64,000 nt of DNA from a virus (lineage: Duplodnaviria > Caudoviricetes): the IMG/VR virus record IMGVR_UViG_3300042301_004035, one strand, 5' to 3'. The position numbers and the translations under genes are program-made. Below the pieces are notes generated by a model that was not told the DNA's origin, searched no databases, and worked only from the letters and a program-made list of their open reading frames with translations. Of this stretch, positions 40,218 to 49,536 are shown in pieces. The number at the start of each line of letters is the position of its first letter. Position 1 is the stretch's first letter.

Positions 40218-41147
40218 TTAATTTAAATTATTTGAAGACTGATCCGTTGCGGATTGTCCATTTCTTCCTTGATTAGTATCGGAAGTATTTTGAGTAGTTC
40301 CAGACTTGATAAAACCAAGATTTACTTCACTAAAATAAAGATCTCTGGCTATGAACTGATAGCTCTCAGCAACTGGTTGTCCACCTGTGCCGTAAGAAGT
40401 CGCCATGCCAAGAAGCTGTACTTCTTGCAGAACTATTTTCATTGGGTTAGCATTATTGTCAGTTCTTATTAATCTTTCATTTATATCTGACACAATCATT
40501 CTATCTAGATTGTCTGTTATAACTCCCCCTGTGGTGCCGCTGTAATCAAGCGGACTCATAGAGGCTTCTTGAGCGCCATAAAGAATGACAAAATTAAACG
40601 GTGGATGAGCACTAAAAATATTATGACCAGAATCTTTAGCGATTTTTGACAAAGGATCTGCTGTTATTCTGTCAAGCTGACTATAGGCCCAATATTTTTC
40701 TATGTTTTTTTGGTCATCAGCTGACTCTAATTTTGACCTTAAAGAAGAAACAACTCCACCCATACTCTCTTGCGGTGTAGGGTTCTTAACTCTTACCGAA
40801 GCTGCTTGCTCTATCAGGTCCGTCATTCTTCTAGGGTAACGAGTGTATATCGTAAATTCACCACTAACGATTCTTGTGCCATATAAGACTGTATCGTAAT
40901 TATAAGACCAGAAACCATATAGTGGTTGCTTTTCCTGTTTAATTGAATAACTAAAAGATGATATATCTAATTCATTTTCTGGTTCAAAAAGTCCATCAAC
41001 ATAAACCTTGATGTCTTCCCCGCCAAAATAGTAATCATAATAATTACTAAATCTTTTGTCTTTATTATCCCCAGCTAATCCACCAGACCAAACTGAATCT
41101 AAATTAGATAAAGGATTAAAATTTTCTTGATAATAACTATTTGACAC
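40218..41147 (-). CDS. Tail tube-like paralogue 3
   Basis: YFGGEDIKVYVDG...SFSYSIKQEKQPLYGFWS...GTRIVSGEFTI aligns with the tube motif of 41968-42669. Confidence 0.7.
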   Translation of the reverse strand: MSNSYYQENFNPLSNLDSVWSGGLAGDNKDKRFSNYYDYYFGGEDIKVYVDGLFEPENELDISSFSYSIKQEKQPLYGFWSYNYDTVLYGTRIVSGEFTIYTRYPRRMTDLIEQAASVRVKNPTPQESMGGVVSSLRSKLESADDQKNIEKYWAYSQLDRITADPLSKIAKDSGHNIFSAHPPFNFVILYGAQEASMSPLDYSGTTGGVITDNLDRMIVSDINERLIRTDNNANPMKIVLQEVQLLGMATSYGTGGQPVAESYQFIARDLYFSEVNLGFIKSGTTQNTSDTNQGRNGQSATDQSSNNLN

Positions 41148-41156
41148 TTTTTTTCC

Positions 41157-41888
41157 TTAAGAAATTATTTCATCTGTTATTAAATTAGAATACATGGCGG
41201 TTACGGTCTCGCCATTAACTGTATCCCCAAAAATATTTCTATTAATATTCAAAATATTATTTGTTTGTGCATCAGTCATATTACCATACTTTTCTTTTTC
41301 ATACGCCATATTAACCATGGGCTGTATACCTCTAGCCATGAACGTGTATGTTTGCTCTGTGATAAGGTCGTCTACGGACATAGTCTGGCCTTCATCTACT
41401 ATGGTCACGCCAAATATTTTCATCTTAGCTGCATTTCCATACTCATTAAAGAATGTCAATACAATATCAAAAGGTGGAAGCATGTCTGCTAATGGGGCAA
41501 AAAAACCATTGCTTCTAGCAAGGTATTCTTTGTATTGCTTTATTCTATAAAAAGCATATTCGTTAAACACCGTGAATATTAATGAGCCAGCGATAGTTCT
41601 GCCACCCTTAATAAACCCCCTAACATTAGAATGGCCCAACGTTCTAACTGGACTATTTTCCCTGTGTATTGAATAGGATATTGTTTGCAGTTCACCTATA
41701 TCTATAACGTCACCAGCACTGGTGATTCTACCATCTGGACCTATTTGAGGAATTATCATAGTGGCAACCGTATCGGCTCCCGAAAATGACATGTTGGAAA
41801 GTATTGATTTAAAATCAGTTGCTGGGTCGTATTCTGGTCTTACTTCAGAAAAACTAGAAATATTTGAAGTTTGATTTACTTCTTGCAT
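41157..41888 (-). CDS. Tail tube-like paralogue 2
   Basis: SFSGADTVAT...IGELQTISYSIHRENSPVRTLG...GGRTIAGSLIFTVFN. Confidence 0.75.
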   Translation of the reverse strand: MQEVNQTSNISSFSEVRPEYDPATDFKSILSNMSFSGADTVATMIIPQIGPDGRITSAGDVIDIGELQTISYSIHRENSPVRTLGHSNVRGFIKGGRTIAGSLIFTVFNEYAFYRIKQYKEYLARSNGFFAPLADMLPPFDIVLTFFNEYGNAAKMKIFGVTIVDEGQTMSVDDLITEQTYTFMARGIQPMVNMAYEKEKYGNMTDAQTNNILNINRNIFGDTVNGETVTAMYSNLITDEIIS

Positions 41889-41915
41889 TTTTACCTAACC
41901 AGTCTTTTAAATAAA

Positions 41916-41943
41916 TAATGCATGGGTGTTACCCCATGCATTA
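41916..41943 (-). terminator. Rho-independent terminator after the major tube gene
   Basis: Perfect 11-bp stem TAATGCATGGG/CCCATGCATTA with a 6-nt loop, followed on the minus strand by TTTATTT. Confidence 0.8.
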
Positions 41944-41967
41944 CTCATAACTTGTAATTGTTTAAAA

Positions 41968-42669
41968 TTACGGACGGATAATATTTGAATTAAGCCCTGA
42001 GTTTGTTACTGCGTCTTGGCTCAAAATGTCATTAAGCTTAAGAGAACTTTGATCAGCTTCTTTGTCCACCTTGATGGCGTACATAGGGCCGAGCTCTCTA
42101 GCTACATAAGTCATTGTTTCTTCGATAACGATATCGTCCATCGAAGCTCCCGAACCTTCGTTCAAGAGTTCAACTCCGTAGATTGAGCGAACTGCTGCTT
42201 GTCCATATTCATTAACAAAAGTTACTGTAATGTCAAATGGTGGAATTTGGTCAGCGTAATAAGGAACCTTTTTAACAACGTCCTTGCTAAAATTACCAGC
42301 AGTTCCTAAACCAGCTATACCTCTACCTACTGACTGAGTATCACCTGGGAGTGTGTTATGTGCTCTGGTGTAGAACATTTGCTTTGAATCCTGTGATTCA
42401 TAATTCTTGTCCAACATTGTGTAAAGTGCTGGGCGATCAAAAACTGTAAAAATTAATGATCCAGCGATGCCACGCTTTCCTCTTGAGAAAGATCTTGGGT
42501 TTGGTGAACCCATTGTGTAAATAGGTGCTTTTTCTCTTGTTACAGAAAATGTAATTCCTGAAAGTGCGCCAATCTCTACTCCACCAAAAGTTGCAACTAT
42601 GTCTGCACCTGAAAATGTAGTATAAGTGTTAAGATATTTATTTACTGGGTTATATGATTCTGCTGCCAT
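41968..42669 (-). CDS. Major tail tube protein
   Basis: TFSGADIVATFGGVEIGALSGITFSVTREKAPIYTMGSPNPRSFSRGKRGIAGSLIF. Follows the sheath gene, has a strong GGAGG SD and a downstream terminator. By recall it resembles tubes of Bacillus phage G-like large myoviruses (not database-checked). Confidence 0.85.
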   Translation of the reverse strand: MAAESYNPVNKYLNTYTTFSGADIVATFGGVEIGALSGITFSVTREKAPIYTMGSPNPRSFSRGKRGIAGSLIFTVFDRPALYTMLDKNYESQDSKQMFYTRAHNTLPGDTQSVGRGIAGLGTAGNFSKDVVKKVPYYADQIPPFDITVTFVNEYGQAAVRSIYGVELLNEGSGASMDDIVIEETMTYVARELGPMYAIKVDKEADQSSLKLNDILSQDAVTNSGLNSNIIRP

Positions 42670-42691
42670 TTGCTACCCTCCAACCGGTATA

Positions 42692-44005
42692 TTATATGTT
42701 AATGGATATTTGAACCTGGATCGAATTAAGTTCGAACGCAGGTGTTAATACGAGGTCTACAATCGCCATGTTATCTGAAGGAACATATGTAACATTGAAG
42801 TCACTCTCCAGCAAGGCACCTTTAACTTGCATCCCGCGTAAGCCTGAAGAAATTGCTGTTTCCATTGAATTTCTTACTTGTATTGTTGATGGTTCGCCAA
42901 TGAACTTTTGACATACTTGACGAACTAGTTGTGAAGCCTCATCTACGATTCTCTTAGTTGAGAGTCTTAGGTAGTCTGAATTTGCTGCCGAGTAAGTTAC
43001 TGCTCCACCGAATACTGCAATCTTATTAAAGTTCAATATAACAGCGTTTACTGCTGCGGCATTCAGGGTTACTTGCTGCACTCTCGTAGGGGCGTAACGA
43101 AGAGCTTGAACATTGTAAAGAGCTTTGTTTGTTAGGCCCGTGTACGATGGTGTTCTACTCATAGTCGCCGCAAGCGATGCTGCTCCGTTTGAATAACCGT
43201 AATCTGTAGTTCCACCAGAAGTTGTTGTAGCGTATCCTACTGGTTTTACTTCTGTAGCTATAATTGAAACATACGAACCAACAGCCTTCATAAGCGCATT
43301 ATTCCTGTCCGCCAAGAGTGCCAAAGAAGAAGACATATGTGATGAAACTTGCGCTGGTGTTAAAGTTTCTCTTGAACTTGCTACGTATGGCGCTATACCC
43401 ATCACTGCAATGCACGGGTTTGTATTTTCGGAAATATCTTTTACTTTACTTGCTACCTTATATGCCCAGTTATTTGCTGTTGTATTGGAGTTGTTTGCGT
43501 GGAAAAGATAATCTTGTGCGTTTGGTGTCGCTCCTGTTGTGGCATCCCAGTCTGATGAATTGCCACCTCTACCCCAAGGTATGATAACATCTGGGATTGC
43601 AGCTTCTGCTGCTGCAAAAGCTGCGTTAAAAATATCTTCGCCATAACTAGCAAATCCTGCGCTAGCGCTTTTTAGTTGTCCATTTGTGTGGTCAAACTGC
43701 GTGTCATAAGGAAGTGGAACAAGGTGAATTCTTTCTGCGCCTGCAGTAATCAATTCCAAAAATGCTTTATGGAGATCTGAACCAACACCAAAAGCGTCAA
43801 TAACATCTTTCTCTGTAGTAGCTTGCACTACGTCAAGGTCAGCAACCTTGTTCATAGCATTATAAGCAGTTGTTTCCGTAGAAGGATCGAACTCATTTTT
43901 GTTTCTTTTGGCTATCGCCACAATTCTTGGTCCCGCTGGGACATCTTGCCTTGAGACGCTGTAGAAGCGATCTCTAATTAATGTTGTTACACCCGGTGTA
44001 GCCAT
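42692..44005 (-). CDS. Tail sheath protein (437 aa, minimal form)
   Basis: MATPGVTTLIRD N-terminus; C-terminal YLRLSTKRIVD...KFIGEP...AIVDLVLTPAFELNSIQVQISI typical of sheath domain I; GGAGG SD; precedes the tube gene. Confidence 0.85.
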   Translation of the reverse strand: MATPGVTTLIRDRFYSVSRQDVPAGPRIVAIAKRNKNEFDPSTETTAYNAMNKVADLDVVQATTEKDVIDAFGVGSDLHKAFLELITAGAERIHLVPLPYDTQFDHTNGQLKSASAGFASYGEDIFNAAFAAAEAAIPDVIIPWGRGGNSSDWDATTGATPNAQDYLFHANNSNTTANNWAYKVASKVKDISENTNPCIAVMGIAPYVASSRETLTPAQVSSHMSSSLALLADRNNALMKAVGSYVSIIATEVKPVGYATTTSGGTTDYGYSNGAASLAATMSRTPSYTGLTNKALYNVQALRYAPTRVQQVTLNAAAVNAVILNFNKIAVFGGAVTYSAANSDYLRLSTKRIVDEASQLVRQVCQKFIGEPSTIQVRNSMETAISSGLRGMQVKGALLESDFNVTYVPSDNMAIVDLVLTPAFELNSIQVQISINI

Positions 44006-44042
44006 GTTATCTTTGAACCTCCGACAGAATAAGTCTTGTGAT

Positions 44043-44049
44043 ATAGTAA
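44043..44049 (-). promoter_or_regulatory. TTACTAT motif (candidate late-promoter -10 element) upstream of the sheath gene
   Basis: TTGTTACTATAT in the intergenic gap; the same core occurs at 48052, 48596, 52544 and 57175. Confidence 0.5.
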
Positions 44050-44107
44050 CAACTAAGTCATAAAAATAACTATCAATATATTAACTATGGGAATTTTAAT
44101 ACAGGTT

Positions 44108-44878
44108 TTAATGACGTGGAGTAGCAGTATTCTCTAAGTCTATAAGGTTAATGTTTATATCTTCATAATTTGGAGTTGCTGCGGCTAAGAATTCTGGCTC
44201 ATAGGCCATAAACTGTCTTACATCTATAGCTATCTTTTCTATCGTATTAGCTTGTGCTGCAAAGACCTTTTCGGTAGTGAGCATGTAAGTGACCGTTCTT
44301 TTGTGAACGTCCTTAGAATCCCTATTTACTTCTGAATCCGAAAGTCTTCTGGAGTAGACCAATTCTGAAGCCCCTATCTTTTTAAAGATTGGAGTATACT
44401 CCAGCATGAAGTCCTCAAAAGATTCTATTAAAGATTCAACCAAATAAGAGTTGTCCTGGTCATCACAAACAGAATTTGAATCTGGTCCTAATCTTTTTCC
44501 AACTGGAGACATGGCCGTAAATGCAACAACGTTCTGGAATCTTTGACCATAAACGTAAACATTATTATTTGTTATTTGTCTCATTCTAGGTTTAGGTTCA
44601 ACCGAATGAGCTTTTCTTAATTCTAAAGAATACACTATTATTGCATCTGTGGTATCGTATTCTTGAGTTGCTGGGTTAAACCAGGTAAAAGAATTATCCC
44701 CATTTGACGTTGCCTTGATCGGATAGTTCGGAAAGCTTTCTTCCCATAAAGATTTTACAGCTGATATAAATTCCAGGTAACTTAAATTCCCATCAGACTG
44801 GAGTATGTTTGCAAAACGCGATTTATCCATCGCATCTGCCAAGCCAAGCTTTGGCATGCTGATCGGTAATTGTGCCAT
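44108..44878 (-). CDS. Tail completion/terminator-like protein
   Basis: 256 aa between head-tail joining genes and sheath; YVYGQRFQNVVAFTAMS...LIESFEDFMLEYTPIFKKIGASELVYSRRLSD...RTVTYMLTTEK. Confidence 0.55.
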   Translation of the reverse strand: MAQLPISMPKLGLADAMDKSRFANILQSDGNLSYLEFISAVKSLWEESFPNYPIKATSNGDNSFTWFNPATQEYDTTDAIIVYSLELRKAHSVEPKPRMRQITNNNVYVYGQRFQNVVAFTAMSPVGKRLGPDSNSVCDDQDNSYLVESLIESFEDFMLEYTPIFKKIGASELVYSRRLSDSEVNRDSKDVHKRTVTYMLTTEKVFAAQANTIEKIAIDVRQFMAYEPEFLAAATPNYEDININLIDLENTATPRH

Positions 44879-44879
44879 C

Positions 44880-46754
44880 TTAAGCCGCCGGTCCTGCTGA
44901 TAAAGAAAGGTTAATTTTTTTCAAACCTAAAGAAGAAGTTAAATTAATATTTAATATTAATAGACCTTGTTCCTGTTCAGATTGTTCTGCCTTAAATTCA
45001 TAGTCAACAATTGAACCATTCTTCTTTAATGTTGACAACATATTAGTAACACTAGTTACAACCTTGTCATACCCAAATTTTCCTATGTAATCATAGCCGT
45101 ACGCTTTGACTTGGCTAGCTACATATGAAGTTAACCTCATTTGCGGAAGTTTCGAAAACACAGAATTAACATTTGAAAGGGTGTAATCACTGGTCAGGTA
45201 CACTTCATATACATTACCCCTACGTGCTTTAGTGCCTCTATATATTGTGTTTATGCCGATTGAGTCAAGTGTATTTAATTGAGTAGAATTTAGGTCTACA
45301 CCGTACAAAGATAAAGCCCCTGGAATTCTTTTTCTTGTTAAGCCCATATTTAATTGAGACTGGGCTATCATCCCAGCAACAGCTGCTGCAACTGAAGCGG
45401 TGTAGGTGTTGTCTATTTGCAGGTGAGAGAACACAGCCTCCCCATATACTGGCACAACGTATCTTCCTATGTCAGAAGCAATTTGCGTGCTAGAGGTAGT
45501 ATTAATAAATGTAGTATATTTGTATCTAAGATATTTGCTATTTTGAATCAACTCAATATCGGATGAACTTATTCCATTTCCCCTACTGCCTATAACGCCA
45601 ATTTGCACATACCCAGTTTCATTGTGGAAATCATTGCAATAGTGCACGAGTTGTGACAAGAAATCTACTCCACCAGTTTTTATTATAGAAGCTTCTAATG
45701 GAACAATTATATCTATATAGTCTAATTGTTTTATAATACTATATGTTTCAATCAATCTTTCATAATATTTTTCATAGAAAGTTTTAAGAGTTTGTCCATT
45801 AAAAACGGCATAAGCTTTGTTTCTATCTTCTACGCTTAAAACATATTCCGACATCGGGGCTGCCGCGCATATGAATATGTTTCTTGCGCCTGCGCCATAT
45901 GCATCTAATACGCCCCTAAGTAAAGGGCTGTTCTTGTTCCCAGATAAAAGATCTATTGCGTTTTGTACTGAGTTTATTTTTACTGGATTATTTAATTCTA
46001 GCCCATCTGCGTGGCCTATTAATAATATAGACTGCATATTAGTTTGGCTCAGGTCATCATAAGACGGTTTGTAAGTTATTGTTGCAGATTTATTCCCTTG
46101 ACCAACACCTGAGACTAAATCGTATAAAGTATCTTTTAGTTCAAATTGAACCGTTGAACTCAATAAATTTCCGTCGATGTAAGTTCTAGCTACAATAGTG
46201 TAAATGCCGCTGAATAAAGAATTTTGTGCTTCTATATTTTCTGGAATTCTATAATTAAAAACAAACTCAGTTGTTCCATTTCTCTCTATGTAGGCGTCAG
46301 GGCTTGTCGTGGAATTTGTATATCTATAAGATATAGGAACTCCTATAATTGCCCCTGATTGGTCAAGGCCCCTATAAACACTAACTGTAACGTCTGAACC
46401 ATTTGCTATTGGATCGTAGGATAAACCGCCATTTAATAAGGCGGAAGTAACAGACGCTGTTCCAGAAGAAACAACAACGCTGACATTTGATTCTACTGTT
46501 CTATAACTAAATGTATTATTAGTTACCTCTTCTATTGTATGTAATCCATTAAATACTGAATCTACTCCAGCAATTGTAACTGCTTGTCCAACTTGAAAAC
46601 CGTGGTTAACAACTGTAGTTATTGTTGCTTTGTTGTTTAATATTTGTTTAAATGAAATATTTTTAGAATTAGTTGATGTAGTTGAAGTCGACCTAGCATC
46701 ACCGACAAATGTAAATCTAAATTTTAATCGTTGATTTTTTTTTACTATTAACAC
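44880..46754 (-). CDS. Second tail-sheath paralogue with an N-terminal beta-rich extension
   Basis: Likely GTG start at 46754, just after the upstream TAA. The C-terminal ~380 aa align with the sheath (LLRGVLDAYGAGARNIFICAAAP vs LHKAFLELITAGAERIHLVPLP; terminal LILNINLTSSLGLKKINLSLS). Confidence 0.7.
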   Translation of the reverse strand: MLIVKKNQRLKFRFTFVGDARSTSTTSTNSKNISFKQILNNKATITTVVNHGFQVGQAVTIAGVDSVFNGLHTIEEVTNNTFSYRTVESNVSVVVSSGTASVTSALLNGGLSYDPIANGSDVTVSVYRGLDQSGAIIGVPISYRYTNSTTSPDAYIERNGTTEFVFNYRIPENIEAQNSLFSGIYTIVARTYIDGNLLSSTVQFELKDTLYDLVSGVGQGNKSATITYKPSYDDLSQTNMQSILLIGHADGLELNNPVKINSVQNAIDLLSGNKNSPLLRGVLDAYGAGARNIFICAAAPMSEYVLSVEDRNKAYAVFNGQTLKTFYEKYYERLIETYSIIKQLDYIDIIVPLEASIIKTGGVDFLSQLVHYCNDFHNETGYVQIGVIGSRGNGISSSDIELIQNSKYLRYKYTTFINTTSSTQIASDIGRYVVPVYGEAVFSHLQIDNTYTASVAAAVAGMIAQSQLNMGLTRKRIPGALSLYGVDLNSTQLNTLDSIGINTIYRGTKARRGNVYEVYLTSDYTLSNVNSVFSKLPQMRLTSYVASQVKAYGYDYIGKFGYDKVVTSVTNMLSTLKKNGSIVDYEFKAEQSEQEQGLLILNINLTSSLGLKKINLSLSAGPAA

Positions 46755-46755
46755 C

Positions 46756-47130
46756 TTAAACCTGTTTTTCTCTAGTTGCTCCAACTGTCCAGTAAACTAT
46801 TTTTCCGCCCTTGCCTCTTATCGGAGCACTTGTATCTATCACATATATAGTGTGTTTGTTCGCAGCGTTGGGAATCATCTCGTAAATTCTATCACCCTCC
46901 CCTGGATTAACGGAGCCTTCAAAGTAATAAACTACATCAGAATTAACGACTATCCCCTCGTCTTCTTCGCTAGCTGATTTGGCTTCAAATCTTCCTTTTG
47001 GGAAAACGCTTCTCGTGGTTACTTGCTGAAGGTTATCTTCGTAATTGCCATTAGCTTTTTTTCTTTGTATAAAAACATCATAGCCCCATTTTTTTAAAAT
47101 GTTCATAAATGATTTTTCAAGATTAATCAT
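46756..47130 (-). CDS. Head-closure (stopper)-like protein
   Basis: 124 aa, ILKKWGYDVFIQR...VYYFEGSVNPGEGDRIYE...YVIDTSAPIRGKGGKIVYWTVGATRE; follows the adaptor gene. Confidence 0.55.
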   Translation of the reverse strand: MINLEKSFMNILKKWGYDVFIQRKKANGNYEDNLQQVTTRSVFPKGRFEAKSASEEDEGIVVNSDVVYYFEGSVNPGEGDRIYEMIPNAANKHTIYVIDTSAPIRGKGGKIVYWTVGATREKQV

Positions 47131-48022
47131 AATTATGCAAACCCCTCTTAGGGATAGGGTCGTAAGATAGCTCCCTAGATCTACTCGTCCCGTAAAGATC
47201 TCTGTCTGTCAAATAAGTATTTCTTCCTGTATCTGGATCTATATAATTCCCAGCATTTATAACTGGCATTGTAGGTAGTCCCTTTGGCTGGAAGCCTCTA
47301 GCTCCAGTTATGCCAGCTAACATTTCTTTTCTCAATGCTGCTGCAATCTGGCACCACGTGACAGCATTGCCCCTGCTTATGTTTGTCCTTGGGAGATTTC
47401 TTGCTGTGACGGTTAGGTCCCCCAATTGCACAGAGACGTCATCGTCGCCGCCATAACTATATGTCCTACTGAGGTCACAAGCTGTAGCCGCTTTTATATA
47501 TTCTAAGCTAGTATAGTTTATTCCAGATGCTGGATTAGAATCATTAAATCCATAAATATCTCTGACCTCCATTGAATGATAATGAATTATTTCCCCAATT
47601 TCAAGCAAAGATGCTTCCGGGAAATAGGCTTGCATTTCTTCTGGGTTTAAATAAATCGGATCAACGTCTGCTGCAAACATAATTATCTCATCTGCTTTTA
47701 GCGTTATAATTGGCTTATAGGTATCGGTTGACGTACTTACATAAAGCTGCTGGTTAACTGTTATTGAAGTTCCACCGGGTATATTGCCTACGAAAACTAT
47801 TTTATACGTGTCAGCAACCGTGGGGGTAAAATCGTAATAGTATTCTGAGCTAGTAAGAGCAGTCGCAGTAGTCGAAACAATTTGAGTATTATCTGATTTA
47901 TAAACAGTGACCAAAACAGAGGTAGGACTGACTAGTATTTGTGCCCCAGTAACATTGTTTACGTCAACAAACTTTACTTTTATTCTTACTTGATCATTTA
48001 CCAATACGGTGTCAGTTAACAT
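47123..48022 (-). CDS. Head-tail adaptor/neck protein with N-terminal Ig-like domain
   Basis: N-terminal beta domain (SEYYYDFTPTVADTYKIVF) plus helical adaptor-like half (LEYIKAATACDLSR...VQLGDLTVT). Confidence 0.5.
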   Translation of the reverse strand: MLTDTVLVNDQVRIKVKFVDVNNVTGAQILVSPTSVLVTVYKSDNTQIVSTTATALTSSEYYYDFTPTVADTYKIVFVGNIPGGTSITVNQQLYVSTSTDTYKPIITLKADEIIMFAADVDPIYLNPEEMQAYFPEASLLEIGEIIHYHSMEVRDIYGFNDSNPASGINYTSLEYIKAATACDLSRTYSYGGDDDVSVQLGDLTVTARNLPRTNISRGNAVTWCQIAAALRKEMLAGITGARGFQPKGLPTMPVINAGNYIDPDTGRNTYLTDRDLYGTSRSRELSYDPIPKRGLHNYD

Positions 48023-48051
48023 GGGAGCTCCAAAAGAAATTAATATTTAAT

Positions 48052-48058
48052 ATAGTAA
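48052..48058 (-). promoter_or_regulatory. TTACTAT motif upstream of the neck genes
   Basis: AATTACTATAT, ~30 nt before the ATG at 48022. Confidence 0.5.
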
Positions 48059-48064
48059 TTATAC

Positions 48065-48352
48065 TTATCCTATTATGGATATTTGCCCACTTACACCAAC
48101 TGATATAACTTGGGCTGAAGATATAGCGCTTACGTCTTTGTCCAAAACCTCTACAGAAACAATTCCTTGAGGGTTTATGTCTATGCTTAAAACGCCAATT
48201 GTTGTTAAATTTGAATAATCTTCGTTCGAAGCATAAAATATTGTTATATTATTTAATACAATTGGGTTTATTAGGCTATCTGCATAAATTATTAAAATAC
48301 CATCATAAGACACATTAGGACTATTGTAGGCTATTTCTTCTCCGTATTTCAT
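48065..48352 (-). CDS. Hypothetical protein (95 aa)
   Basis: ATGA-coupled to the upstream ORF; beta-rich composition. Confidence 0.6.
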   Translation of the reverse strand: MKYGEEIAYNSPNVSYDGILIIYADSLINPIVLNNITIFYASNEDYSNLTTIGVLSIDINPQGIVSVEVLDKDVSAISSAQVISVGVSGQISIIG

Positions 48353-48587
48353 GATTTAAATTGCTTTTCCCTCTTTGCTTGCTTGGTCCCGTCTTGTGGT
48401 ATCCACTGATGCAAAGTCAACCAATCTAAAGTTGAATATTTTTCAATGTTTAAAGTTTTGTCTAAAATGGGCATACTCTCATTTTTGTTTTCTACCATTA
48501 AGACCACCACCCGGTTTATAGGACATAAGATCAAGCTACTGGTTCGTATGCGCTCACTGCGTGAATGAATACAACCCTATTAGCAAT
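48349..48587 (-). pseudogene. Small gene apparently interrupted by two +1 frame discontinuities (alternatively a short CDS starting at an internal ATG)
   Basis: Three consecutive frames each carry a protein-like segment: (I)ANRVVFIHAVSAYEPVA*, (+1) DLMSYKPGGGLNGRKQK*, (+2) ENKNESMPILDKTLNIEKYSTLDWLTLHQWIPQDGTKQAKREKQFKS*. The frame C upstream extension in the ORF track is rich in otherwise rare CGN codons. Confidence 0.45.
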
Positions 48588-48595
48588 TAAATCAA

Positions 48596-48602
48596 ATAGT
48601 AA
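48596..48602 (-). promoter_or_regulatory. TTACTAT motif
   Basis: TTGTTACTATTT in the gap after the 48621 gene. Confidence 0.45.
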
Positions 48603-48620
48603 CAATCAAAATTTAAAACT

Positions 48621-49496
48621 TCATCCCTGGGTTAAGGCTCCAACTAATCGCAATACCTCAGCAGCGTTTTGATTGTTAGCATAATCTTTAGACGCTAAAT
48701 TAGCTAAATCTTCTCTCAAGAATGGTAAATATAAATTTGCCATTCTGGTAGCTATATCGGTTGACTCTAATGGATTATATATCTTTTCTCTAAGCTTTTC
48801 ATTTGCGCTACCATGGCCATACCAACCGAGGTAGCTATACCTAACTCCGCTTTCTACGGGCAACACTTGATGAGTAGCTATATAATTGCTTGGGAACATC
48901 AATATATCACCTTTTTTAGGCTTATATTTTATATTTAAATAATTAAAATAATGCTCTCCACCAATATAGTCATCGTTCACATACACTACAGAACCAACTA
49001 CATTCTTCGCAGCGAACTGCATTTGCGGTTCTTCTAGACCAAAGATGTAATCACAACTATTATCGGAATGTGGGCCCAAGTATGACCCGGGACCATAGGA
49101 TACAACATGCCCCTTGGATCTCCACCATATACACTTAAATAACATAGGGTATTCCATTATATACTGCAGTAAACACTTATACTTTATATCTTCGATAAAA
49201 GCTAACAAAACAATTGATTCAAGAGATTTATCTTCATGTATCTCTACGCTTCTAAAGGGCATTTCGTTGACGGTTTTTTCGTTAAAATAATAACCACTTC
49301 TATTTATATAGCAGGGCGCGCCAGTATCGGGGTTGATTGATGGTTTGTACATGTTTTCTTTTTCCCTCAATATATGGCCGCTAGCCCATTCGACAAAGTA
49401 GTCCCAATCTACGTCCAAGACTTGTTCAAAAAGTAATATTCCGTCACCCAACTTTTTTGGAGATACTTTTTTGTAATTAAACTTTTCTTTCAACAT
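48621..49496 (-). CDS. 2OG-Fe(II) oxygenase (prolyl-4-hydroxylase-like)
   Basis: GPHSDN (HxD), VNDDYIGGEHYF, ATHQVLPVESGVRY (distal His, 2OG-binding Arg). Confidence 0.85.
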   Translation of the reverse strand: MLKEKFNYKKVSPKKLGDGILLFEQVLDVDWDYFVEWASGHILREKENMYKPSINPDTGAPCYINRSGYYFNEKTVNEMPFRSVEIHEDKSLESIVLLAFIEDIKYKCLLQYIMEYPMLFKCIWWRSKGHVVSYGPGSYLGPHSDNSCDYIFGLEEPQMQFAAKNVVGSVVYVNDDYIGGEHYFNYLNIKYKPKKGDILMFPSNYIATHQVLPVESGVRYSYLGWYGHGSANEKLREKIYNPLESTDIATRMANLYLPFLREDLANLASKDYANNQNAAEVLRLVGALTQG

Positions 49497-49536
49497 TACG
49501 ATGCCATCCTGACTGTATGCGATACGCCTAATTATA

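Noticed and set aside
46754-46784. Track start (MEQLEK...) for the sheath paralogue
   Set aside because: It lies inside the upstream gene; GTG at 46754, just after that gene's TAA, is more plausible.
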